64,000 nucleotides of DNA from Eledone cirrhosa (GCA_964016885.1 OZ024744.1:68572001-68636000), one strand, 5' to 3'. Positions 15,425 through 30,249 are shown, numbered from the stretch's first letter. Numbers and translations are program-made. Notes: generated by a model from the sequence alone, not told the origin.

Positions 15425-15484
<60 letters not shown>

Positions 15485-18400
15485 AGCTGCATTTATCTTG
15501 CTTTATGTTCATACGAGTTATCACCAAGCCACAACCAGTGACCTCAAGAGACAACAAGGCCCGCCATGTTCAAGAAAGAACATACATACACATACATGCA
15601 TCTTTAGGTGTTTAGACTTGTGATGTACTTATATTGACAGAATCTTCCTTAGTATATGGGCAGTTCCCATTAGAACTATCTTTTGTATTTCTCCTATACG
15701 CGGGTTTCCTGGGATTTGCAATAAGTAATCATTAGATCCCTTAGGTATCATTCCTAGAGCGCCTACAACCACTGGTATTGTTTTAGTTCTCCATTTCCAC
15801 ATTTTTCCAATTTCTATCTGCAGATCCTTATACTTGCTCAATTTTTCAAATGTTTTTATAGATACATTCTTGTCTATTGGAACGGACATATCAATTAGCA
15901 GGCATACTCTCTTCTTAAAGTCTTTCAGTATTATATCAGGTCTGTGGATATATAAGGGCGGTGGATTGGCAGTATCGGTAGAGGGTCGGACGCCATGCTT
16001 TCAAGCATAGTTACGTCCCTTTACGATCTGAGTTCAAATCCCGCCGAGGTTGACTTTGCCTTTCATCCTTACGGGGTCGATAAAATAAAGTACCAGTAAT
16101 GCACTGGGTAATTGCTGGCCTTGTGCCTAAAGTAGAAACAAGTATTATATCAGGTCTATTTGCATCTTTTTTCGGTCTGTTTGGATGCTAAAGTTCCACA
16201 AGATTGAGATGTGATCTTTTTCAAGTATGGGAGGTGGTTGATGCTCCCATCAATTCTTTTGATGAGGCAGGTCAAAATGCTTACACATTATCCAATGTAT
16301 ATATTGTGCAACTCTGTCGTGCCTGTTTAGGTATTCGGTTGGAGCTATAGGACTGCACATTGAGATTATATGATCAATGGTCTCTGATTCTTTTTTACAT
16401 ACACGGCATAATGGGTTGCATCCATTTTTTATTATGTTGGCTTGGTAATTTTTTGTTGGCAGACACTGATCTTGTGCTGATATAATCAGTCCTTCAGTCT
16501 CCGATTTCAGTCCAGAGGATGCCAACCACTGATGGGTTAAAGTTTTGTCAACATCAGGATTGTTAGCTCTTTCTGGGTATTTTCCATACAGAGGCTTTTC
16601 TTGCCATTTCTTAGCTAGTTTATGTAGCAGTTCTTTCTTTGCAGTTATTTTTATCTGCTTTGCTTTTTCTGTGTTTTCCATTTTAGCAGTAACTGGGACT
16701 TCTGAAATTTGTAGTCCATTACTGTATCTTTGTGCATCTTTTGTAATGGAGTATGATCTTTTGATGCTTTCGTGTTTCAAAATGAGTTTGATCATCCAAT
16801 CATGTGATTCCCTTAGATATGTAGATAATCCAATTGCTGCAGTTTTCAACGCAATATCTAACTGGATTAACCCACGACCTCATTCTTTTCTAGGGAGATA
16901 TATTCTATCTGTATCTGCCTTAGGGTGATGCATTTCGTGTATGGTTAAGAATTTTTTAATTTTCGTATCGAGCCTAGGGATCTCTGTGCTTGACCAGTTG
17001 ATGACATTGTAACTGTAGGTTACTACTGGTATGGCAAGCGTGTTTATGGCATCGATCCTATTCCTTGCATTCAGTTCGGTTCTTAAGATTGCTCTTACTC
17101 TGCGGTAACATTCCTTCCTTATCCTTTCCCTCATTTTCGAGTGCTTGATTCCGTCTCCTTCACAAACACCTAGATATTTGTAAATTTCCTCTTGATCAAG
17201 TTCTCTTATCACATTCCCCCGATCTGAACTTTTCAGCAGCTTTCCTCTGGTGAACGTTGCTTTGGTGCATTTATCTAGTCCAAACTACATTTTAATGTCA
17301 TCGCTCCACAATCTTGCAATTTTTCATCATTTTTTTGCAAATAGTTTCAGGTCATCCATGTAGAACAAGTGATTAATGGTTTTGTCATAGACTTTATATC
17401 CATGTTTTGTTTCATTGAGCATTGTACTTAATGGTATAAGTGCGATGCAGAATAAAAGCGGTGATAAAGAGTCACCCTGAAAAATTCCACAATTAATATT
17501 AACTTCTCCAGCTTCCAGTGATTTTTTTTTTCACTATTCAAAAGGAGTGTCGTTTTCCATGTCTTCATACTGAATGACAGGAACCTCCTGATAACGGGAG
17601 ATATTTTGAAAATCTCTAAACATTTTTCAATCCAGCTGTGTGGCAAACTATCGAATGCTATTTTATAATCTATCCAAGCAATCGATAGATTTTTGTGTCT
17701 ATTTTGGCAATCTTCCAGTATCATTTTGTTAACCAAAAGCTGATCCTTACAGCCATATGAGCCTCGTTTACACCCTTTCTGCTCATTGGGAAATAGGTCA
17801 TTTGTTGTCAGGTGGTCATATGTATATTCAGTTAGGACTGATGTTAAAATTTTATACATTATGGTCAAGCAAGTAATCGATCTGTAATATTTGGGATTGT
17901 TTGTCTCATCATTCTTCGGAAGCAAGAATGTAATGCCGTTAACTAGCCATGATGGTATCTTTTCTGGCTCCTTAACTATTTCATTGTAAAGTTGGGCTAA
18001 CAACTCATGAGACTCTGTGAAGGCATTTATCCAAAAATTTGGTATTTTGTCTTTTCCTGGGGATTTTCCATCTGCTGGTTTTTCTAAGAGCCAAACGCAA
18101 CTGTTCAACTGTTATATTTTCCCATATTTGTTCCTCAAGGTGAGCTGTATCTTTCATTTGTCTGTCTATCCATGGGGCATACATATTATGAACTTTTTCT
18201 TCGGCCCAGGTCTTTTCCCAGAATTCTTGCACTTCCTCCTTTGGTGGTATTGATTTACCAGTTATTGTTGACTTGCCAATTTTTCTGTAGAAGTTTCTTT
18301 GGTTGTTTTTGAACATATTATTTTCCTTATAGAATCTAGATAGTTTTTCAAAGCGTCTTATACGAGCAGCTTTGGCCGACACTTTTTGCTTGATTATTTC

Positions 18401-19420
18401 TATCAGCATGATTATGTCACTTGTTGGTTTTATACTGTACTTTCTTTTCAATTTTATAAGTTTAGTTTGTTTAACATGTTCACCTACTTTGTAGTTTGTT
18501 AAAATTTCTATGTCAGATCGGAGAAGGTTTATTTGGTGATTGATGTTCTCTTGCCAAGTAGATTTCTTGTAGGAATTCCTTTGTTTTTTCATTTTCACTC
18601 CACATAAGTGAGTGGTGACTTTAGCCAATGCATAATAGAGATGATTTAAATAAGTAATGTTTAGTTTGTTTGTGATGATAATGTTTTTGAGAATTATGTT
18701 AGTCTTGTGTATTATCTTTTGATTCTGTTTGGAGTTCTGGATCTTAGGGAGGATGTCTCGTTCCCCCATGTCAGATTCTTTCATTTTCATCCATTCGATC
18801 ATAATTTCATCCTTCAAGTTGATCTGATCAATTTCTATATCAGTTAGTAACTTTTTTTTAACAATATTTCTTCGTATATTGGCTAGTTTGTTACTGTCAA
18901 TATAGCCTCTGTTTTCGGGATGTTTCTTTTTCCATTTTATATATGTCTGCTCTGTATTCGATATATTTGATGAGTAGTACAATGCAGTGTAGAAAGCCTC
19001 AAGGACTTCTTTATTGGTTTCCCTTGACCATTTTTCTCTCTTTTTCTTTGGATTTCTTGGTGGTGAGCATGGAGGGCCAACAGTAGGAGTATTCCGGTTA
19101 TGGGAGGTCTCCAGCTCCAAAGTGATGGGATGGTTTGAACCATTAGCTGATTTTTCAACCCCAGTCTGGTTCCTCGCTGGGGGACGCGGCACTTTTTGAC
19201 CCGGGTGACGGCCAATCCGGTTTGAGATTTTATCATTTGACATTTACTTTCTTTTGTTGCGTTTTATCCTTAACCGCCAAGGGGTAATCATTTCGTGTTA
19301 CCACTTCTAGGACGAGTGTCAACCAAGACTAGAGGGGTCGTCCTCCCCTAGCGACACGGCTATTCCCCGCCGGCCGCCATCCCGGTATTTCTTGGCCACC
19401 GGGTTTTCTTTTTTGTTGTT
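15425..19420 (-). mobile_element. Near full-length R4/Dong-clade LINE, frameshifted, with (TAA)n 3' tail
   Basis: ORF pieces 19243-18005, 18108-17428, 17212-16880, 16849-16250, 15889-15629: KSPGKDKI, YRSITCL, QGDSLSPLLFC, YMDDLKL, CRVC..ETIDHI..C, RHD, RPDI, KLSKYKDL; tail 15425-15482. Confidence 0.92.
15944..16140 (+). mobile_element. Full-length SINE inserted in the LINE with a 17-bp target-site duplication
   Basis: agtattatatcaggtct at 15927-15943 and 16141-16157. Confidence 0.9.
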
Positions 19421-20039
19421 TTTTAAATTGTTATTATCATGAGTGGTTCCTTAATGTGAGCATTGCATGGCTTAAGAATGAAATTATTATTAATAATATA
19501 ATATACTTTTTGCTGAAGTTGACTGTTATTGTTGTTGGCTATGTCGATGGTGGTGCTGGTGCTTTTTCTATTGTTGGTGGGGAAGGGGGACCCAGCAGTG
19601 CCATAGTCGTTAACGTTTGACCGGGTCACTAAGTCAATCTAATTATATCTTTTGCTAGCCACTCCCTTGTCTAGTGATACCGCCACGTTCCCCTTTCTTA
19701 AGTTAACAGAAGGTAGTGGGGGAATAGTGGTGGTGGCAATGAAGGAGTGGTGGCGGCGGTGATGGGATAGTGGTAGCAATGATGGATGGAGTGGTGGAGG
19801 CTGTGACTATAGTGATGGCGTTGTCGTTACTGAGTTTTGTTGACTGTAGTAGTAGTATGCGTTTATTTGATCTGTATATCGATGCGGTTTGTCGCGTATA
19901 TTTAATATATGTGTTGACATATTTTTCTTAATATTTGAATTAAACATTTTGAGAAAACTTGAGATACAATAATAGTAATTATTATTATTATGCTGGGATT
20001 GGTCGTGGTGGTGGTGAAATTGCCGTTATCTGGCTGTTG

Positions 20040-20270
20040 TATTAGGTGTCCACAGAGGGGTGGTGGGATAGGTGGTGTATCTAGTTTGTGGACGTATCGG
20101 AGGGTTCTTGCTATTCCCAGCCTATGACAATCGCGACGACCTTGATTTCATGACAGTTCCAAATCCTTTTTAACTCCCAATTTAAATCCTGGTATCAGTT
20201 AATTATCTCCCTCTCCTTTTCTTGCACTCTCGTGTTAAATGGGCAGGCTACATCTACAATCATTATTATT
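20040..20270 (-). mobile_element. R4/Dong-like LINE extreme 3' fragment
   Basis: MIVDVACPFNTRVQEKERE..YQDLNWELKRIW. Confidence 0.75.
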
Positions 20271-20289
20271 GGCGAGTTACGTAGGAAAA

Positions 20290-21960
20290 CGTAAAGGTTT
20301 GTTGTTTTCCGTTGTTTTGAATTGCCAATTATGGACATTTTTTGTTGGTAATTGTTTAGAAGTTCATATATATTGCTTTCTGAAAAGGACACTCAATAAT
20401 ATTGGGACCTTTGTAAAAGAAACAATTAAAAAGTCATACGCCTCCATAAATCAAGCCAGCTGTCACGTGACAGCGGCTCTAACATAGACACTACTATGCC
20501 CACCACTAGCATTTTTAACTTTACTACAATTGCGAAAACCAATAGCGATTTCGCTAACAGTAGCAGCAGTAAAAGCAGTCACCAAAGCTTGCAACGTGCA
20601 GATGTAGACTTCCCGCCTTTGCCAATGTCTACAGGTGTTAAAGCAACCATCTCCATCAAACACATCGAGGCAATCGACACTACACTAAGAGAATACGAAG
20701 CGGTGACAGGTGCAATGATTAGCCAGGAAGTTGGTGGGCCTGTGACTGGGCACATGGAGAGGCAGGTCCATGCCGTCCAAAGCGTCGTCGGGCTCTGGAC
20801 GGACGGACTGGTTAAATTGCTAAGGCTTTGATTCGGTCTGGACCTCCAGACAGACAAAAACCGGGACGAGCAGGGTGGCCCCTCTCACCCAGCAATGGGA
20901 CGAGCAGAAACTATCCCTGAAGGTCGAGCTTACATCGCGTCCGTCACGTGGTGGTAAATGCGTACATCGCGTCCGTCATCTACTCCCGTCTGACCATCGT
21001 GTCTTGACCTATGCCTCGCCTGACTGCACTGGAGCGTTTGCTCTTTCGCTTTTTGTGTCAACTCCCACTATGTGCAGGGCTGTGCATGCCGTGGCTGATG
21101 ATGAGCTCAGGCTATGGCTCTCCACCTTTTCCTCGACGGTGATCAAATGTTGTCACCGTTTACTAGACGCGTTTTCCCCAGCTCCTCTCCTTGATGGAGC
21201 TGCAGTCCTGGGTCAAGGGAAGAGCGAGATGAAGCGCTTGGAGACTGGAATGTCTTCAGGCGCTCACAGCCCTCGACCAATCGGGTGATTCGATCGGTGG
21301 AAACTCCACCATGGCGTTCTATAGATGGTTGGTAGAAGACAAGAGCGATGACATCTTTGAGGAAACTCTGGGTGTCGATGAAAGCCAACTAGCTAATCTC
21401 TTCGGGAGGACTTTCGGTGCAGGGCCAATGGATAACTTCCAGAAGTCCAGGGCCTGGCAGCGTTACTGGGGAGCATTGCCAGTTCGAGATAAACGTTACA
21501 AGCATGGGATTGCCATCAATCGGACCTGTCCGAGATGTACGTCGAGAGACGAACCACCTTGCACGCACTCGTCCAGTGTCTGAGCATCGCTGACTTGTGG
21601 GTTTATGTCGAACATCTGTTGTCACGTGTAGGACGGATCTGGCTATCAGCTGAGTCCATCGTGAAGATTGCCCCACTGCCCTCCTTTAACCAGGAGGGAC
21701 AGGTAGTTGTTATCTGCCTGGTGGGCATGGTAAAAGATGTCGTATGATGGACGCGTCTGAAAGGTTTGACGACTGGCACTTTCATCTTAGGTGACACTCT
21801 CATTAATTTTTTCAGGTTTCAGCTGAAAAGGAAAATCAGGGTGGAGAGAGAAGTTCTGCCTTCCAGCCAGTTTGTTGAAAGATGAGTGAGAGGTAACAAT
21901 GGCTCGGGTGAATGGGCCTACGCTGAGCGTGTGCCTGTAGTATCGTATGAGGAAAACTGG
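20290..21960 (+). mobile_element. Tx1/L1-like LINE remnant, probably internally deleted
   Basis: S/T-rich ORF1-like start with DFPPL, then ORF2 C-terminus WQRYWGALPVRDK..TCPRC..ETTLHALVQC (zf-RVT type). Confidence 0.7.
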
Positions 21961-22050
21961 AAGAGGGCAGTTGCCCTAGCGGTCAGGGCAAACAAACAAA
22001 AAAATCTGAAACAATGTTTTATATATTTATTTGTGAGATCCTTTGTTTTT

Positions 22051-22086
<36 letters not shown>

Positions 22087-22153
22087 AAAAACAAAGGATG
22101 TAACAAAAAAAAATAAAACATTGTTTTTTGTTTTTTTTTGTTTTCCCTGACCG

Positions 22154-22229
<76 letters not shown>

Positions 22230-22234
<5 letters not shown>

Positions 22235-22580
22235 GTATAAAAGAGAAAACACAGGTAAGCATTAAGAGAAGGATTTTATCCAGGTATTTACGACCGTTTC
22301 ATTGGTAAGTGCCACCTTATATTGCTATACTGCAAATAGCAGCCACTCAATTATAATTGTTGTTCACAGTCCAAATTTTCAAAATAGGCCCATTCACCCG
22401 AGCCATTCTTGCCACTCACTCATCTTTCAACAAAATTTGGACTGTGAACAACAATTATATTTGAGTGGCTGCTATTTGCAGTATAGCAATATAAGGTTGC
22501 ACTTACCAATGAAACGGTCGTAAATACCTGGATAAAATCCTTCTCTTAATGCTTACCTGTGTTTTCTCTTTTATACTTTA
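22230..22580. repeat. Fold-back element with ~150-bp inverted arms
   Basis: 22235-22380 is the reverse complement of 22430-22577; contains GAAAcggtcgTA but no recognisable core. Confidence 0.7.
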
Positions 22581-22909
22581 TACTCCAAGATTGAACGGAA
22601 TTCTTACAAACTTGTGGAGTTACCCCTGACCGTACGTTGAAACCATCCATGAAACTGGCTTTCTTAACCAAGAACTGGATCACAATAAGCAATTTTGGGC
22701 TTCTCTAACTATATATATTTACATGCAGAAATGCCCATGTGTACCGTCCTATACGCTCCTGTGCTGTCCTTAATGTTATACTTTATGTCAACCCTTGAGG
22801 TTAATAAAGAAAGCATTATTATTACTATTATTGAGGCCAGTTTTTCATCCTTTCGGAGTGAATGACATAAGCACCAATCAAGAACTGAGGTCGTTTTAAT
22901 ATTATTTCT

Positions 22910-23450
22910 CATTTAACTCATAACAAATGAAACAATATGGTTATTTGCAGAAATGTGTCTATTCGATAAAAATACAAATAAGAAGAAAGAAAAACGTGCA
23001 TATGGTAATTTGGGAAGAGAATATCTTTTAATAAAAGCTCTGGGAAAAATGTGTGAGTCCGTAGCAAATAACACCGTCAATATTAATGAGAAATTATAAT
23101 TGTTTCTACTTTTGGGACAAGGCCAGCAATTATGCCAGTGTATTGCTGGTACTTTATTTCCTCAACCCCGTAAGGATGAAAAGAGGGGGGGGGGGGTCGA
23201 TGAAATAAAGTACCAGTAATACACTGGGAGAATTGCTGGCCTTGTGCCAAAAGTAGAAACAATTATAATTTCTCATTAATATTGACGGTGTTATTTGCTA
23301 CGGACTCATACATTTTTCACAGAGCTTTTATTAAAAAATATTCTCTTCCCAAATTACCATATGCACGTTTTTCTTTCTTCTTATTTGTATTTTTATCGTA
23401 TAGACACATTTCTGCAAATAACCATATTGTTTCGTTTGTTATGAGTTAAA
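22910..23450. repeat. Fold-back inverted duplication of ~260 bp including a SINE 3' half
   Basis: 22910-23168 is the reverse complement of 23194-23450. Confidence 0.85.
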
Positions 23451-23689
23451 TATGATACCCCATGTGGTAATGAGAGGATGTCTGAGATTGCAGCGATTCG
23501 CCCCCACCTAATTTTGAATCTTTTCAAAACTGAAAATGAGATTTAAAATAAACTAAAGATAAAGAAACAAATTGACAAATAAGCAGGCGCAGCTCTAAAC
23601 TGGGACAAAGTCATTAACAGGCGAAAACACAAACTTAAATCACAATACCCTAACATTATCAATATCAACTCCTTTTTTTAATGCAAAAA

Positions 23690-24125
23690 ACCTGAACAAT
23701 TACGTAACAGTTGTTGCTATTGAAGCAAGAGATAGCAACATTCGCAACCTTAGAATCAAAGAAGCAATATAATAGCTAAGCTTAACCCACGAATCAACAA
23801 CAGATTAGAATTCAGCACGCAATACTTAACATAAAAGTGCGCATACGAAAGGTTTGACATAACACACACACACACACACACACAGCTATAAATAGACCAC
23901 AACTAGCAAACACAGAAAGTAAGATGTTATGCCTATACCAACAAAAGTACTCATCTTCAAACCAATTTCTTATAATAATCTGCGGATGAAAGGATTAGGT
24001 CCCGAAATATTAGGACAGGTCAATAAAATGACAAGTGAGACACTAACATCTTCGTTGTTTTCAATTTTTTCCACAAATCTGTCGTCCGTTTTGCATTGTC
24101 GTAGCCTTCGAAGAGCATACTACTT
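23690..24125 (+). mobile_element. Penelope-like 3' fragment (GIY-YIG end + pseudo-LTR, degenerate hammerhead ~23978-24015)
   Basis: NLRIKEAI..KLNPRINNR motif; CGGATGA-aa-ggat tag gtcc-c-GAAA-tat-TA. Confidence 0.6.
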
Positions 24126-24131
24126 TATGTA

Positions 24132-24188
<57 letters not shown>

Positions 24189-24559
24189 GAGAGAGAGAGA
24201 AAGAAAGAGGCATATATCGTATAAGAAACAGTATATTGAATATATACCAAATGCACATTCTATAGAAGAATATGTACACAGGCAGGTGGAATCATAAGAG
24301 AAACCTTATAGCGTTCTTTCATATCTGGAGAGTTTAGCCCAAAATCAATCTATATAAATGATGATTTAAAAAATTAATAAAATACATAAAGTGTACATAC
24401 CTCCACTATAACAATATATAGCTACACATAAGATATACGTTATATATACACATATATTGGCATAATATATACAACACATACATACATATATATATATATA
24501 TGTATATGTAATGGTTGCATTCTTTAAGGGTATGTCAATATTTATTTATAAAACTGCTC

Positions 24560-24640
24560 TATATTATATTTTATCTGATGAAAGCACACCATAATTTAAC
24601 TTGGTGTCTTGAAATATGTATAATGAAATAAATATGGTTT
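24560..24640 (+). ncRNA. Type I hammerhead ribozyme (A/U-rich stem I)
   Basis: CTGATGA 24575-24581, stem II aag.acacca/tggtgt.ctt, GAAA 24611, tatg-TA. Confidence 0.6.
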
Positions 24641-24785
24641 TATAAATATAGTTTCCATTTGTTAATATCGTATATATATATATATACATACATTTCATGA
24701 TTCGCTATGAAAAATGCGAAAAATCATAATACACACAGGAGCTTTTCAACAAGTGTTCCTGCTTCTTATGAGCCTCACATACTAA

Positions 24786-24894
<109 letters not shown>

Positions 24895-25019
24895 AACTAA
24901 TCTCCCAAAGGATGTGGTTCCAACAAAAAGGAAGTGCATAAGGGTTAGCCAGAATTTTATCCCCTATTATCTGACATAATGTATTATGTGCCTTCCCTCA
25001 TTGCTATGATTTGTATATA

Positions 25020-25843
<824 letters not shown>

Positions 25844-26015
25844 GATATATATATATATAGATATATATATCATTTGCCTCCATCATTGGAATCATGGATC
25901 AACTAAGCACTCTTGCTATATTAACACATTTTGATCTGCTTAACTTCAAGAACTATGCCTGTAAATAACATTATTTTTTCTTTCACATTGACTTTTTATG
26001 CTCTACATTACGCCC

Positions 26016-26337
26016 GTTTTTTTTCTTTTTTCGTTTTTCTTTTTTCTTTTTTCTTTTTTCTTTTTTCTTTTTTCTTTTTTCTTTTTTCTTTTTTCTTTTT
26101 TCTCTTTCCTTTTTTCTTTTTTCTTTTTTCTTTTTTCTTTTTTCTTTTTTCTTTTTTATTTTTTATTTTTTATTTTTTCTTTTTTCTTTTTTCTTTTTTC
26201 TTTTTTCTTTTTTCTTTTTTCTTTTATCTTTTTTCTTTTTTCTTTTTTCTTTTTTCTTTTTTCTTTTTTCTTTTTTCTTTTTTCTTTTTTCTTTTTTCTT
26301 TTTTCTTTTTTCTTTTTTCTTTTTTCTTTTTTCTTTT
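26016..26337. repeat. (TTTTTTC)n polypyrimidine tandem repeat
   Basis: Direct reading. Confidence 0.95.
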
Positions 26338-26421
26338 CACTTCATAAACCTTGTTTGTAAATAACATTATTCTTTCTGCACCTTCTCTTTAACATGTGCG
26401 ACACCACACTAATACATTTCA

Positions 26422-26463
26422 CTATCATTTGATAATGCATAAAAATGCTGAAACCGGTAATAG
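26422..26463 (+). ncRNA. Hammerhead-like motif, U3-A8 core, weak stem I
   Basis: ctat cat-TTGATAA-t gcat aaaa atgc t-GAAA-ccgg-TA-atag. Confidence 0.55.
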
Positions 26464-26654
26464 ACAATTATTAAATATATAAATAGATAAATAAATGCCA
26501 TTGTTAATTAATAAATAAATCAACTCATACCTTAACACTCCACACAAAGTAAAACATTTCGTTTTAATCATTTTCTAACCGAGAAAAAGAGAGAGAGAGA
26601 AATAAAAAATGAAAAAAATATTTTTCTTCCTAATAATCGTCTCTTTCTCCCTGT

Positions 26655-26755
<101 letters not shown>

Positions 26756-26762
26756 TAAAAAT

Positions 26763-26837
26763 TATTCCATTAACCAAGGTTTCTCGAAGTCAGACGATTC
26801 TAACAGAAACGTCTGATTTCGATCATCAGATGAAATA
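26763..26837 (-). ncRNA. Type I hammerhead with long stem II
   Basis: tatttcat-CTGATGA-tcgaa.tcagacg..cgtctga.ttcga-GAAA-ccttgg-TT-aatggaata. Confidence 0.7.
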
Positions 26838-26883
26838 TCTTTATTATAGATATAAGATATGATACCTTTTCTACGGAAATACT

Positions 26884-27035
<152 letters not shown>

Positions 27036-28515
27036 ATATATAGCCAACGACGCACCAAACATATTACAACCCTGCTCCTATATATATTCGGCTGTGAACT
27101 GAACATGAAAGAAGGCTCTTCCTTTTCTCTGCTCCTACTTACCCCCGTTACTGTCTTTCATTTTCATATTCCCGCTCGTTTACTATCTCTGTTGTTTACG
27201 AATATTTTCTACTTTAATATGTGTAATTCTAAGTGAGAATATATCACTTCAAAGTGAAGCCTTGCCAATACAAAATAGGATTAACGATTTCAAAATGAGA
27301 CTTTAAAACTTAAAAGGAAAAGCAATGATAACGTTTTTTTTTTTTAAATGACTTTATCGCAAAAGTATTTGGCTGTGATATTTTGGGAGATGAACTGAGA
27401 GCAAGAAACAACATTGTAACATCATTTGTAATGTCAACAATGTGAACTTGTCTGGTTAATTATAAGTTTTTATCAGCCCAGTAATGAGACAAAAATCTTA
27501 TCATGTGGTAGTAATGCATATTGTCCAGTAGTTTTAAATGTAATTACAGCAATGTCACTGATCTGCAATCATAACAATGTATGAATTAACTGCGAGCAAT
27601 GTTAGACACTTGTGTTGTCTTTGTTCAAAGTTCACTTGATGTTGTTAGTTTACCCACTATAAATACACAGTTAAATTAGTAAACACTTTAATAACTCTTA
27701 AACGATTTCCAGCTAAACTACGCCTATAATTGTGTGACGATATTTGAAGCTGCACCTTCCATCAGATTTTATCAATGCGCTGATTCCACAGAAAACTGGT
27801 TATTTACGACAATAGTTTAAATATATAAAAAGACAAAAAGTCTCTCAGTTTTGTTTTGTTTATAATATTGAACTCTCCATCTCCAACCAATAATATTTTC
27901 CATGCTATATTTTCTCTATAATAAAATAAAATTGTTCTTGGAGTAGAATTGTTGTTGGAGAGGACACTTTGCCCTAGAGGAAAAGGTGACCGTGGCTTTT
28001 GTGGGATTTCTACACGAGTGACCCTTATATATATATCATATATATTCCTAATTAAACTATTTTTCACTGGGAAAATTTGTCAGCATTTTCTTTTCCTTTT
28101 TACTAATATATCACAACTCGTGTGTCACACCTCTATTTAAAAAAAAAAAGACGTGTCGGACCATCAGTGGCAGGGAAAATCAGTGTTGTGTCTGCATTTA
28201 GATAATTCACGATATGTCTCAATTTTCTGTAGATCATTGTTTGTTTTCCATCCTTTCGGAATAGATAAAATACGTATATGTCACGTACTTAGCTCAACAT
28301 GAACTGTCTCTCCTCGCCCTATGTTTCACTCTCTGATTATGTAAGAAATTATTATTATAAGCGATAGAACGACAGAAAGTACAGAACGCCGGGTTAGATA
28401 TCTGATGTATTTTTATTTTTCAGTATAGAAATCATACTTGTGGAGGAGGTTGACGATGATTTTCATGCATTCAATCTAAATAACAAAAATAATAGTACCA
28501 GTTATATACCACAAC

Positions 28516-28683
28516 CTGTGCCGGATTTACCATTGTGATTAAGTGTGCTTAAGCACAGGGCCCCATTGACTAGGAGAAGAGGCATCTTCCTGCCAGAATA
28601 TTTTTTTTACCTCCTTCTGGGACCAAGTAAGGGGCTTGATAATTTACTAGATCAGCGCCTCATTTGTCCTAAATCCATTACTG
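28516..28683. mobile_element. hAT-like MITE
   Basis: Imperfect TIRs ctgtgccggattta / taaatccattactg; flanks accacaac / accataag match 6 of 8. Confidence 0.55.
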
Positions 28684-29399
28684 ACCATAAGCTATTCAAT
28701 TGAATGTACGTCTTCTGCAAATATGTAGTTCTAGCTTATGAAAGAAATGCATAGTACTGAATTAATCGAATTGGATATAAACCTGAAATTGAAACTGTCC
28801 GTGAAGCCGAGTCAACAAATCAAGAAGTTTAAAACACTAGAATTGTTTTCAACCCGCTGACGTGTATGTGTATATGTGTCTGTGTTTGTGTATGTGCATA
28901 TGCATACATTTATATGTATGAGTATATAAATATTAACGCGCAAACAGACATACATCCACACAAACATACATACACACAAACACATACTTACATTCCTACA
29001 AACACACATTCACACAAACGCACACATACATTCACACACACATATACATACATTCACACAAACACACACAACACACACACAAACACATACATACATTCAC
29101 ACATACATACACACAAACACATACATACATTCACACAAGCACATACATTCACACAAACATACATTTTCACAAACACAGGCACACACATTTACACAAGCAC
29201 ACACAACACATACAACACATACAGTCATACACAGCGTAGCCAATGGAACACCAACCACTATTTTGCTATAGTTTTTTCACTATCCCCTTTCTTCCTTTTA
29301 CACACACATACATTCACACAACACACATTGTGTGACGGACGGAAGTCGCTCAAATTTATATATAGACATATAGGCATTTTTAGTCAGCAGATGAGTAGT

Positions 29400-29800
29400 A
29401 GATCGGCGGAATCGGATGAAAGGCATTGCAACATTTCGTTACTGACTTCTACGTTCTGGCTCAAATACCGCCCAGCTTAAATTTGCCTTTCATCCTTCTT
29501 GGATCGATAAATCAAAATACCAGTAAAATATTAGGGTTGATCTAATCAACATTCCGAAACATTGCTAGCCTTGTGCCTAAATTAGAAATAATTTTTACTC
29601 AGTAGAAATGATGATGATTCTAGAAATAATTTCTTTTATTGGCAACAAGGGCCAATAAAAAAAATAGTTTTTGCATTTGGCACAAAGCCAGCAATTTGAA
29701 AGTCGATTAAATAGACCCCGGTGCATTATTGGTATTTTATTTCATCGACCCCGCAAGGAAAAAAGGAAAAACCTCAGCGGAATTTGAACGCAGAACGTAA
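29400..29800. mobile_element. Two diverged SINE copies tail-to-tail
   Basis: Plus copy ~29400-29600, minus copy ~29670-29800. Confidence 0.65.
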
Positions 29801-30249
29801 CTATAATAGTTATTTCTTTATTGATCACTAGGGCCGAAACATAGTGGATACCCCCCCCCCAAAAAAAAGGGTTAGTAGAGATTAAAATATAACGTGTAAA
29901 AAATTTTAACAACTAACGTTTAACAGCAAATTAATAATAACAAAATTTCCCCAATAAAACGGAGTACAAGCCAAGGGTTAACTTAGGAATTACACAGATC
30001 TTAAAACACCCTAATGTCTGATGGTGGTGGTGGTGGTGGTGATAGAAGTACTTTTGTGTTTGGCCGTGCTTTCTGTTATGGGTGTTCAATATGATAGAAC
30101 TTGACAGTGGCGGGAAATCAAGTTCATGCATACCTCCCGTTGCACGTGGTTATTGGTTTTGGTTTTGGTTTTGGTTTTGGTTGTTGTTGTTGTTGTTGTA
30201 GTCATCACTGTTGTTATTGCTGGTATTGTTACTGTAGCTACTGCTGCTC

